Origin: Azolla caroliniana
Lineage: Eukaryota > Plantae > Polypodiophyta
DNA length: 64,000 nt
Direction of reading: 5' to 3'
Assembly: GCA_043228905.1 (NCBI GenBank)
Contig: JBHGNT010000008.1
Coordinates: forward strand, 4,402,001 to 4,466,000
Positions 13,601 through 24,599 of the stretch are shown here, piece by piece. The notes under the pieces are model-generated. The model ran no database searches and was not told where the DNA came from. It saw only the letters and a list, made by a program, of their open reading frames with translations. Position 1 is the stretch's first letter, and each line of letters opens with the position of its first letter. A program made the position numbers and the translations under genes.

Positions 13601-14706
13601 CATCCGGTTGATGTCATCAGCCACACGTCTCCTATGCCGGCAATCCGGCATGTGCCTTCATTTCCCATCCGGACACAGCCGTGCTCACCGGCTGTGTAGG
13701 ATGAGAAGTATTTCTTCTCCGGGGTCAGGTGGAACGACGCTCCGGAATCGACCACCCAGGTCATCTCTACACCGGCAAGGTTCAGCTCCCTCTCTTCGGT
13801 AATGAGCATTATCTCTTCTTCACTTGCCGCGAGTGCCGTCGTTCCTTTCCGGTCCTGCCCTCGCCGATCCGGACCTCTCCGGTCCGTGGCTCCCCGGTAT
13901 GCACCGTTTCTCTCCGGTGACTTCTTCGAATCGGTGTCGTCGGCTCCGTTGTCCTTACGGTAATGCCGACAATTCTTCCGGAAGTGCCCCGGCTTCCCAC
14001 AGTGGAAGCATGTGGGTCTTCCTCTTGACTGCGACTGGGTCCCCGACTTCTCCCGTCTTTGCGGACTCCGGTTCCATTGTCTTCCCCGATCCGATTCGGT
14101 AAGCAGCGCCTTCGGGTCGGAGGCCGGTTCTTTATCTCTCCGACGCGCTTCTTCGTTCAAAATACTTGTCTTTACCGTTTGTAGAGACAAGTTATCTTCA
14201 GTGCAGGAGGTGCTGAGAGTCACCACCAGGTTCTCCCAGCTTTCCGGCAACGTACACATCAGAATGATGGCTTGCATTGCATCCTCCAGCGGGAACTTGA
14301 TCGCCGCAAGCTGGTTCACGAATCCCATGAACGTGCTTACGTGTTCCACCATACTCTCGCCGTCACGGTACTTGAGGTTCACTATCTTCCTCATCAGGGA
14401 GGTCCGGTTCAACGCATTCTTCCTCTCGTAGAGGCCCGACAGCTTCCGCCACATCTCGTATGCGTTGGTGTCGTTCGCCACATGTTGTAGAACGCTCACG
14501 TCTACGTATTGCCGAATGGTTGCAACGGCTTTCCGGTTCAGAAGCCTCCATTCCGTCTCAAGTACCCCCTTCGGTATTTCCGACCTGTCAATCGGTTCGT
14601 ACAGGTCCCGAACAATCACAAGATCCTCCATCTTGATCTTCCAGTCGGCGTAGTTCTGCGCATTCAGCACCATCATCCCCGGCTGCCCGCTGCTGCCGCC
14701 TTCCAT
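10652..14706 (-). pseudogene. gag-pol: Copia I gag-pol (Gag CCHC, PR, INT, RT, RH) with two lesions
   Basis: CFHCGKPGHFRKNC, VDSGAS, VHTDVC..FIDD, YVDD; in-frame stop at 13558-13560; ~19-nt deletion at 12540 relative to Copia E. Confidence 0.95.
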
Positions 14707-15412
14707 TTTCTGCACTGCCGTCGCTCTGATACCACTTTGTTATGAATCCACGCTCCGATTCACCTTCACCGTTCGGCCACAACCGAGAAATCACGAATCA
14801 ATGCAGCAGAAAATAGGAAACACAGAGAAAGAACACGATTACACAGGGATTAACGTGGAAAACCCTTTATGGGAAAAAACCACAGGAGTCCTCAAACTCC
14901 AACTATCACTATGAACAGAGATGTACAATGGTGAGGCTTCAAGGCAACAACCTTGAGCTCACTGTCTTCGCCACAGGCGGCGGTAATACACAGAGGCAAC
15001 GACCTCTTCGTCTCTCTCTCTCTCTCTCTCTCTCGGCTGCTCTCACTTGGCATAAAAAATGAGCAACAACTTAAAGCACCCACAAACAGTTTGCCCTAAG
15101 TCATATTTATACACATATGACTTTCAGGCTATTTACAAATATAGCCACAAGGGCCCTTGGCAAACATATTCACAAATATGTCCCCGCATCCGGATCTCTC
15201 TCCGGGTACATACATCATCCGGCTCCGTAGCCGGGGTCTTCGTCATCCGGTTCCGTAGCCGGGTCTTCGTCATCCGGCTCCGTAGCCGGGTCTTCATCAT
15301 CCGGCTCCGTAGCCGGGTCTTCATCATCCGGCTCCGTAGCCGGGTCTTCGTCATCCGGCTTGCCGTCATTCATCTCCGGACATCCCATCCGGAGGGACCG
15401 TAAATCCCAACA

Positions 15413-15909
15413 AAAACTTCCCCTTGAGAAGAATATCGGATTATGTCATCCGACAAAGGTTCGTATGGAGAAGGCCCATGTGGCGTTCCTTCATCAACTA
15501 TACTCGCCTCTCCAGCCATATTGTAGCGGGACCCTTTCGGGGGGAAGTAACAAACTGCGATAAATATCACCTGATCCTTACTAGTGAGGACTTTCACCCA
15601 CATAAAACGGGCTTCTGGGTCTGACTTTAGTATTTCTATCCTATTATTTATCTCTTTCCGAAATAATATCGCAACCCCCCCAGACCCTCTAGTAGTGTGT
15701 CGACGTGAGGTTTGTCTAAAGACAAATTCCCAACGAAAACCGTCAACTCGTGGCAGTCCTCGATTTGGGCTTTGATGTGTTTCTACTACAAAAAGTATAT
15801 CAGATACTTTCAAAATCTCCTCTAGACGGCCAGGATGTGTCCAAAGTGCGCCGTTACAGTTCCATAAAGTGATCCTAAGTTTATTATCTGTCACATGGGC
15901 CACACGCCG
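15413..15909 (-). pseudogene. LINE ORF2 N-terminus (APE endonuclease)
   Basis: LWNCNG, ILFVVETH, GSGGVAIL and CYFPP motifs; joins FLVGDFN across Copia I. Confidence 0.92.
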
Positions 15910-16701
15910 TCAATTGGCGGCACGATCATTTATTATGACACGTCCGTCCCGGTAGAAAGCACGATGCCCCTCTTTACGAGCTTGTATGACTCGCGGCATA
16001 CAAGTTTTACGATGCTCAATTTGCATCTTGGTCAAGTCTTCATCGAGGTAGATAGGCTCCCCGCCCAAGCCTCGAAGAATTGGTCTCTTTTTAAAAAAGG
16101 CGATTCTAGATTCTGAGTCCTTAAACTGAAGGACTAAAGCTCTTTTCCTAGTTGTGTCACGCCCTACCCTCCAGGTTTTAGTGATTGGTAGGGCTTCGTA
16201 CCCTAACATTTTCCCTAATGTTTGTGCATCTTCATCCGGAGATGCCCCTTCCTTGAGCCCAGTAACTCGTACATTTAGGCGTCGAGCTTGACGCATTTTT
16301 TCTTCCTCGAGGGTAGTGTTTACAATGTTTTCATCCTTTAGTTCTTTTTTAATATTACGTTTTACTACATCAACCCACCCAGTTTTAGCTAATTCCATAT
16401 CACTTTTAACCTCTTCTTTAACCTTTTTTATCTCGTCCTTAATATCCTCTAGGGAAGATATTTCACCATCTTCCCTAGATATCTCGAGGTCCTTAACTTG
16501 TTTTCGGAGGTTCACATTGTCTACCTTAAGTTTTGCTATTTCCGCAAAAAGTAGTTCTTTTTCTTCCTTATCTTTTTGTTTTTCAGCTTCAATTTCTTTC
16601 GCCCATTTTTCAAATTTTACTAACCGGTTAAGGACATCTAAAAATTCTTCCTTACTTATCATTTCGTCGTGTGTTTCCTTATGGTTTCGTCGAGAAGTCA
16701 T
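15910..16701 (-). CDS. LINE ORF1 (coiled coil plus RRM-like domain), 263 aa from ATG 16701
   Basis: Coiled-coil N-half, then RRLNVRVTGLKE...WRVG...IYLDEDLT, typical of LINE ORF1. Confidence 0.88.
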   Translation of the reverse strand: MTSRRNHKETHDEMISKEEFLDVLNRLVKFEKWAKEIEAEKQKDKEEKELLFAEIAKLKVDNVNLRKQVKDLEISREDGEISSLEDIKDEIKKVKEEVKSDMELAKTGWVDVVKRNIKKELKDENIVNTTLEEEKMRQARRLNVRVTGLKEGASPDEDAQTLGKMLGYEALPITKTWRVGRDTTRKRALVLQFKDSESRIAFFKKRPILRGLGGEPIYLDEDLTKMQIEHRKTCMPRVIQARKEGHRAFYRDGRVIINDRAAN

Positions 16702-16839
16702 GTTGTAATTCAAAGAATAAACGAAAGAAAAAGTCAAAAAGGGCAGAAAAAACTTAGCCGAGCATCGATGTCTTGCGCGCTAGGTACAAGTGTAGAAGCA
16801 CATTTGTACTCTCTCGTCACGAGGCCATAAGAGGTGTAG

Positions 16840-17211
16840 GTGATAGCGACGGTCGACAACGATGACAACAACGACGGCGACAAGGGCACCGATTACCCAC
16901 AACAGCGACGGGTGACGACGATGGCCAAGAACCGACGACGACGGCGACGGCGGCAAACGTTAGACGTCAGACGACGGCGACGGCGGCAAACGTTAAACGT
17001 CAGACGACGGCGGACGACGACAGTCGGCAGACGGCGGCTGACAGCAGTTGCAGACGACGACGGCAGCAGACAGCAGTTGCAGACGACGGCGACGGCGACA
17101 GTCTGCAGACGTTAGCGGCAGAAAACGGAGGCAACAGCAGGCAACGATGGCGGCTGCAGACGACGGCGGCGACAACGGCAGAAAGAGCCGTTAGAGAGAG
17201 GGCATAAAGAG

Positions 17212-17254
<43 letters not shown>

Positions 17255-17279
17255 TTAAAGATAAGAGCCGAGAGATAAG
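16840..17279 (-). repeat. LINE 5' region with (GAC/GGC)-rich repeats and (GA)n
   Basis: Repeated CGACGGCG/CAGACGACG units; (GA)n at ~17214-17251. Confidence 0.8.
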
Positions 17280-17381
17280 AGGGTTTAGGGTTTAGGGTTT
17301 AGGGTTTAGGGTTCCCTAAACCCTAAACCCTAAACCCTAAACCCTAAACCCTAAACCCTAAACCCTAAACCCTAAACCCTA
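17280..17381. repeat. Head-to-head plant telomeric array (AGGGTTT)~5 / (CCCTAAA)~9.5
   Basis: Perfect heptamer repeats; junction AGGG-TT-CCCT at 17308-17317. Confidence 0.98.
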
Positions 17382-17659
17382 TGAAAGAGAGAGAGAGAGA
17401 GAGTTGTTGCATCTCTGTTGTAGCTACCCTCAAGCGAAGAAGACGAGCTCTAGGTTGTTGCCTACAAGTCTCCATGTATTTCCTCTTTCATAGTGAAATA
17501 GTTCTAGGTTTGGGGACTCCTGTGGTTTTTTCCTATTAGGGTTTCCACATTAAAATATATTGTCTCTGTATTTCTGTTTTTCTGGTTTCTGTTGGTTAAA
17601 TCTTTTGGATCTCTTAGACGTGAGTCTGAAACTAGTTGTGGTCGTCTTCCATCTCCTCA
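17381..17659 (+). mobile_element. Copia H 3' LTR, second part
   Basis: (GA)n-GTTGTTGC...GTGGTTTTTTCC...GGGTTTCCAC, as in the Copia E and I LTRs. Confidence 0.75.
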
Positions 17660-17660
17660 A

Positions 17661-17932
17661 GATATATGTGGGTCGATGCCCGAAAGGTCACTAGGAGGCT
17701 CCCGGTACTTCATCACATTCGTAGATGACAGTACACGGAAGGTCTAGGCCTACTCGATTAGGTCAAAAGACGAAACGCTTTAGGTCTTCTCTCGGTGGTT
17801 GACCGAAGTGGAGAACCGATCAAGACACCGAGTGAAGACACTCCGGTCTGATAAGGATTTGAATACACCTCTTGAGCCTTCGAACAATACCTGTCGGAAT
17901 AAGGGATCCAACATCAAAAGACTGTTCCATAT
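17661..17932 (+). pseudogene. Host Copia G integrase fragment
   Basis: DICGSMPERSLGGSRYFITFVDDSTRK...VKTLRSD. Confidence 0.85.
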
Positions 17933-18403
17933 TGTTGAGAATCAAGCTCAATATAGTGCAACGTGTGAACACACCTTTTGAGAATCTATGATTACTCAAA
18001 GGTCAAGAGTCACACCACTACTCTCTACACATTAACTATGTGTCATAGAGTCATATTCTATAACACATAACTAATGAGTTTCATATTCCCCATGACTAAT
18101 GGGTCTCCACATTCCCCAACAGAGTGGTTGTTGTAGTTAGTTAAGGAAGAGAGAGGGTTACTATATAAAGCACCCTGCTCCTACTTCATATCAAGTCGGT
18201 TATGACTCCTTGTAATGTGACATTTTGTATTTGCTATTCTACTTGTCAATATACACCTACTTCTAGAGTATTCCTTTTTCCATTCTATCTAGGCTATCTT
18301 GTGTTTTCTCTTCTCTCATTTTCTTTCCTCTCACACATAAATATAACACACATCTCTTCTGTTGCACAAGAATCATAACCGATTCTTTACATGGTATCAA
18401 AGT
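17933..18403 (+). mobile_element. Copia 5' LTR (17933-18391) plus Met PBS, related to the Copia C LTR; body missing
   Basis: TGTTGAGAATCAAGCTCAA...TTCTTTACA followed by TGGTATCAAAG. Confidence 0.85.
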
Positions 18404-18446
18404 GATTTGGTAGCTCGATCTAGCATACTTGCCTCATCGTGACCCT

Positions 18447-19270
18447 TGTCGTGAAAATCCGTCATTATGTGCGGATCGTTCGGCGAAACCGCCAAAGTTA
18501 TGGATGGGAAGGAAATAGGGCTCACACGCACAACACAAGGAAGGCTTACACAAACAAGGCACGAGTATTCGAACATGTTTGTGAAAAGGAGAGGTGCATG
18601 GGCAAGCCCGAATCAACCCCTAGTCACAAGGCGAGCAAATGCACGTGAGGAAGGCTTACACACGGACACACAAGGAAAAGGCTTACTTACACACACGAGA
18701 GACAAAGTTTCGAATGCCTTTGAGAAAAGAGAGGTGCATGGGGAAGCCCGAACGCTCCCTCGTTACAAGACACACGGACACACAAGCAAGTTTTACACAC
18801 GGGAGATACAATTTTGAACGCCTTTGTGAAAGGAGAGGTGCATGGGCAAGCCCGAACGCTCCCTTGCCACAAGTCACACAAACACACAAGCAAGATTTAC
18901 ACTAACACGCAAGACACGAAAGTTTGATTGCCTTTGTGAAAGGAGAGGTGCATGGGCAAACCCGAAACGCTCCCTTGTCAAAAGACATACAAACAGATAA
19001 GCACAAATGACAATAACATATAAGACACGTAAGTTTGAATGCCTTTGTGAAAGAAGAGGTGCATGGGCAAGCCCGAAATGCTCCCTTGTCACAAGACACA
19101 CAAAAAAATAAGTACATACGAAAATAACATATGAGAATCGTAAATTTGAATGTATTCGTGAAAGGAGAGGTGCATGGGCAAGCCTGAAACGCTCCATTGT
19201 CACTAGGCACACAAACAAATAAGAAAAAATGACGATAACATATAAGATACATAGGTGAAACCAAACATTA
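18447..19270. repeat. Gypsy LTR terminus followed by ~6 tandem units of 105-140 bp
   Basis: 18447 matches the LTR end at 2442; recurring GAAAGGAGAGGTGCATGGGCAAGCCCGAA. Confidence 0.85.
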
Positions 19271-20989
19271 TTTTATTTCAATATAATAGATTTTGTTATA
19301 TAATAAGAATCAATTTTACAACAGACTCGCACGATCCAAGAGAGAGTGACGGTGTCGTGTGGTTTTTCACACACGATATGAAAACTAGTAAAATAATTAT
19401 TTAAGATTAGCTTAATGGTTTGATATGGAAAGATAGATGTCTTCAAGAACTTCATAACACATTTACTACACATGAAACGGATAAACAAGTATCAAGTTAT
19501 GTGTGTGTAGAGTTTGAGACGAAGAGGAAAACAAAATTATAAGATATCCCACATAGATAATAAACTTTAGGGGTCCAGCTATATAAGTAGATTGAGAACC
19601 ATTAGATTTTATCTATGTGTTGAGAGCAAAAAGGAATGGTTGGACTTGGACCAATTTGTCTCCATGGACAACTGTGGCTAAGGAACTGGCAATCGGAAAC
19701 CGGATGGAGCCGATAACCGAAAATTGGACAAACCCGGCAATCGGTGATCGGGTGGAGCCAATAACCGGCGACCGGATGGAACTGACAATTGGCGATTGGA
19801 TGGAGCCGACAATCGGAAATTGGATGGAGTTGGCAATCGGACGGAACCATCAATTGACAACCGGACGTAACTAGCAATTAGCAACCGGATGGAGCTGGCA
19901 ACTGGATGGAACTAGCGACTGGGTATATTTGGCAACCGACGACCGACGACCAGGCGGAGCTGGCAACCGGATAGAACCGACGATCGGATGGAGCCGGCAA
20001 CTAGGAATTGGACGGAGCTGCAACGAAACAGGGAACTGGCAATCGGATGGAGACGGCAACCGAACAGAACTGACGACGGGACCAACAACGAAACCAATCA
20101 GGTGAAGACTAGACGGATCGGATGGGCAACGATTGAGATGGACGGATGATAGGATCATGTAGCGACTTAAAGTAAAGTAAAGTAAAGTGAAGGCAATGTG
20201 GACGCATCAGATGGGCAACGATCGAGATGGATGGATGATAGGATCATGCAACGACTTAAAGTAAAGTAAAGTAAAGTGAAGGCGATGTGGATGCAAGTAA
20301 CTGAAATTAGAGGGCATGCATAAAGTAAAGGTCATGTGGAAGGCATGCAAAAGAAAGGTAAAGGCCATGCAACTAAAGTAAATGCCATGCGAGACGCATG
20401 CAAGGGAACTGGAGATGCAAACTGAAGTCCCTTCATGCAGTGTATTTGCGGGGACAAAATTAGGAATCCTAATTTTCTTAAGGGGAGCCATCCATCAATG
20501 AAAGATATCACCCAAAAACCCTAAATTTCCTATTAAATCCAAAAACCCTAAATCTCCTATCGAATCCAAAGTCCCTAATTTTCGGATCAAAGCCATATCT
20601 CTCGCATAACCCTAATTTTCCTTATAGAAGCCATATCTCATGTATAACCCTAATTTTCCATACGGAAGCTATATCTCTCAAAAGCCCTAAATTTCTTATC
20701 TAAGCCATATCTTGGAAAACCTTAACCCTATTTTTTTTTTCATCGAAGCCTCATAATTCCTTAACTTTTATAATCCCAATCTCGGGATAGATTGTAATTT
20801 TTCTCGTTCTTTACTAATAAAATTTATCAAACTTTGTCATATCGGTTAATTCTTAATACAAAAACGCACGAATTTGATATCCTTGGGTAGGAGGCCCCAG
20901 GGTCCTACCTCAAGTTCACGTGTCTTCGTCGTATTTTCGCGACATCTTTGGTGAACCCCACGTGAAACGAGGCGGCAAGAGGATATCTC

Positions 20990-21420
20990 ATGGAGGCATA
21001 TAGATACAAAGAGCCGAAGAGAAGCAATCTATACGAGTTCGACCAATGGGTATCATCATTAAAGACCCACTGAAGTGCCATGCATGCTTTCATTGAATTC
21101 GAGTATCGCTTGGAGCAGGATCAAAGATAATTTGGTGGGGGTGGATAAAATCCTAATGTTCGTGAAATCAATAGATCTGAAGGAAAGGAAGGCCATTGGA
21201 ATCCGACTTGAGGATAATGATGGTGCAAATGGGCTCACTGAGGATTGGATGAAAGTGGAAAGAGAATTTCGACTACACGATAAGAGGAAGACAATATTTT
21301 CATCGACAACAACACAACCCACGGCGAATGGTGAAAGGAGGACAGGAAGCAACTACAAACTACCACCTAAAGAAGAGAGCTTGAAGAGGGAAGGTTTAAT
21401 GGTACTCGATAAGACATAGA
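20990..21420 (+). pseudogene. gag: Gypsy A gag remnant
   Basis: DKILMFVKSID...GIRLED..NGLTEDW matches gag of B (DKVILFLQA...GMLLED..NGLTDNW). Confidence 0.75.
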
Positions 21421-24400
21421 GGCCTTCGTAAATGAGGCATATGAGAATTTAAAGGTGCAAGTCGAGGCCAAAGAGAATCTTATAATAGAACCAAAACCGA
21501 TTAAAATGGTTATCAAGGAATAAGAGACCTCCCAACAAAGGTGGAGTAATGATACGGACAATACAAAGGCCCAAGTTCGGAAAAACAGCACCACGGGAGA
21601 AGATGTGGAACAAGACGCCTTCTCGTCTTGCATAGAAACAATGATGAAGAATGAAACTAATGAATCAAGGGTGGCGAATGCCACTTCAAGTGAGGACAAA
21701 TGTTTCGGAACACGCATCATGTCTGAAACATCATGCGATGAAGGTGAAAGAATGAGCAAAGCTTGCATGATCAAGGGAGATAAAAAGTGTGAGGCCGACA
21801 TGATTGAGGAGATAGCCACGAAAAATGACATCGAGTCAAAGGTGGCTATGGACAAGTGAATGACGGATGGCCGTGTCGAGACTTTCTCCACACTTGGTCC
21901 AGAGACTTGGGCAGATGCGTCAGAGAGCAAACGTGACACCCAAGAGATGGAAGGTGGCGGCGAGGAAGTGAAGGTCGAAGCTAACACATGCAGAGAAGAG
22001 GGAGACGTCAAGCCGAAGAGGGTACATGACGACCATGAAGAGACTTTCCCCACAATGGTTCTAGAGACTTGGGCATTAACTGATGTAAGACCCAAGAGAC
22101 GGAAGGTGGCGGCAAAGAAACAAAGGTCAAAGTTGATACGAATAACCTCAAGGTGGAAGCGGTGAAGGGTAGTACGACAAAGACAGACTACGATAACGTA
22201 TGGATCCCTCCACACTGATTCGAGAGACTTGGGCATTAACCAATGTAAGACCCACGAGAAGGACAGTGGCAACGAGGAAGCAAGGGCCGAAGCAAATGCG
22301 TGTGATAGAGAGATAGCCAAAGAGATGGCTATGGACAACATGACAAAGGCAAAAACCGATAATGATGAGAATCCCTCCACACCTGTTCCGGAGACTTCGG
22401 TAGTTGTTCCAGAGAGCCAACATAAGACCGGAGAGATGGAAGGTGGCGACGAGGAAGCCAAGGCCAAAGATAATACATATGATGAAGAGGTCAAACAAAG
22501 CACAATAGTGCACGATGAAGAGACCAAATGAAACACAATGCATGGAATAAGAAAGGATGATAAAAGAAAGTTAGATGACCAAGGAGATGGTCAAGATGAA
22601 GGTGGCACATGCACAAAGCATGAAGCATTATGCTCTACAAGAGAAAAGGGAACGATGACAACCGGCCACGGAAATGCAAAGAGTGAACAAAGAATATGGT
22701 GGATCGGATGGCAATGGCGGTTCAGGTATAAAGAAGAAACATCCATGAAGTAGAGTAATCAAAAGAGGAGCCTCACCAAAATTGGCACATACCGGTGGAT
22801 GTGCAAGTTTGGTGGGGGTGAATGTCGTGTGGTTTTTCACACACGATATGAAAACTAGTAAAATAATTATTTAAGATTAGCTTAATAGTTTGATATGGAA
22901 AGATAGATGTCTTCAAGAGCTTCATAACGCATTTTACTACACATGAAACGGATAAACAAGTATCAAGTTATGTGTGTGTGAAGTTTGAGAAGAAGAGAAA
23001 AACAAAATTGTAAGATATCTCACATACATAAGAAACTTTAGGATCCAGCTATATAAGTAGATTGAGAACCATTAGTTTTTATCTATGTGTTGAGAGCACA
23101 AAAGGAATGGTTGGACTTGGACCAATTTGTCTACATGGACAAATGTGGCTAAGGAATTGGCAATTACAAACTGGATGGAGCCGGCAACCGGAAATTGGAT
23201 GGGGCCAACAACCGGTGACTGGATGGAGCCGGCAATTGGTGACCGGGTGGAGCCGGCAACCGAAAATTGGATGGAGCTGGCAACTGGAAACCGAACAGAA
23301 CCAACAACTGGCAACCAGATGGAGCTGGCAATTGGATGGAATTGGTGACCAGGCGGATCTAGCAACCGACGACTGGGTATACCCAGCAACCGGCGACCGG
23401 ACGGAGCCGGCAATTGGGAATTGGGCAGAACCGGCAACGAACCGGGAAGTGGCAACCGGATGGAGCCTACAACCGAACGGAACCGGCGATGGGACCGACA
23501 ACAAAACCAATTAGGTGGAGACCGGACGGATCGGATGGGCGACGGTCGAGATGGATAGATGATAGGATCATGCGACGACTTAATGTAAAGTAAAGGCGAT
23601 GTGGACGCATGTAACTGAAATTGGCGGGCATGCATAAAGTAAAATTCATGTGGAAGGCATGCAAAAGAAAGGTGGAGGCCATGCAACTAATGTAAACGCC
23701 ATGTGGGATGCTGTCGGGGTAGTTGTGGTTAGTGCGGCGAAATCGCAGGGACTAAGGTTAAAAGGAGTTGGCTATATATTTTATAAGGCTTGCACATAAT
23801 GTTAGAAAGATTAAGGATAGGAAGAACAAAAGTTAGAAGTAATGTGCGAGCGACATATGACCATAGATAAAAGATAAGAGACAATGTATGATTTAAGAAG
23901 TGAAAATGTATTATAAGAACAAGCTTTATATTACCAAAATTTAACAAGTTACACTGTTGATCACAAGATGCGACTTTTCTTTCGTTGAATTCTAGATTTG
24001 AACCCTTGAATCCAACTTTAAACCACGAGCCTCTTCACCCACAAGCTAACTTATTTGTTTGATTATATTATTCTCTAAATTTCTCTTCTCTTCTTGATTC
24101 CTCTTGTTTTCCTTGCCCCTCTTTATTTAAGTGTTGCCATGCATATGGTAATGTATGGGAGCATGGCATGCATGCAATGCATGAGTTACATGTAATGCAT
24201 GATCGCCATTTGGCGCACATGCATTGCACGTGATGCATGATAGCCATCATGCTCACTTGAGCTCCCATGTATGAAAATAGATATGGGATAAGTATAATGA
24301 TGAAAATGGATACTAAAATAACTAACACAGCTTAATGGTGTATACTTTGGGTTTGGTATAGAAGGTTGAGAGTTCAAGTCTCTCAATTTTACTCAATATA

Positions 24401-24599
24401 ATATATAGCTTCATTCTTATATCATGAAGCACAGTTTTTACAAACTCTTACAAATAAATAACTTAGCTTAGTGGTATATACATTGTACTTTGGATATATG
24501 GATGTGGGTTCAAGTCTCTTAAATACAATATTTAAGCTCATTTTCATATCGTGAAGCACATTCTTCACGACACCCACCCCCTCTGAACTTGCACATTGG

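Larger units (their letters stand above)
9940..15412 (-). mobile_element. Copia I, young complete element inserted in the LINE endonuclease
   Basis: Near-identical LTRs 9940-10641 and 14738-15412; Met PBS 14723-14734; PPT 10642-10655. Confidence 0.97.
6463..17380 (-). mobile_element. Full-length non-LTR retrotransposon (APE-RT LINE, RTEX-like), inactivated
   Basis: ORF1 plus APE-RT-zinc-finger ORF2; (TTTC)n 3' tail at ~6462-6483; probable TSD ATAGAAAGAGAGA.. (6421) / ATGAAAGAGAGA.. (17381). Confidence 0.85.

Noticed and set aside
17280-17381. Ancient chromosome end-to-end fusion site
   Set aside because: The two outer flanks are halves of one Copia LTR, with a probable TSD enclosing the LINE and the array
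18500-19270. CRISPR-like repeat-spacer array
   Set aside because: The inter-core sequences are homologous to each other, the context is eukaryotic and there are no cas genes
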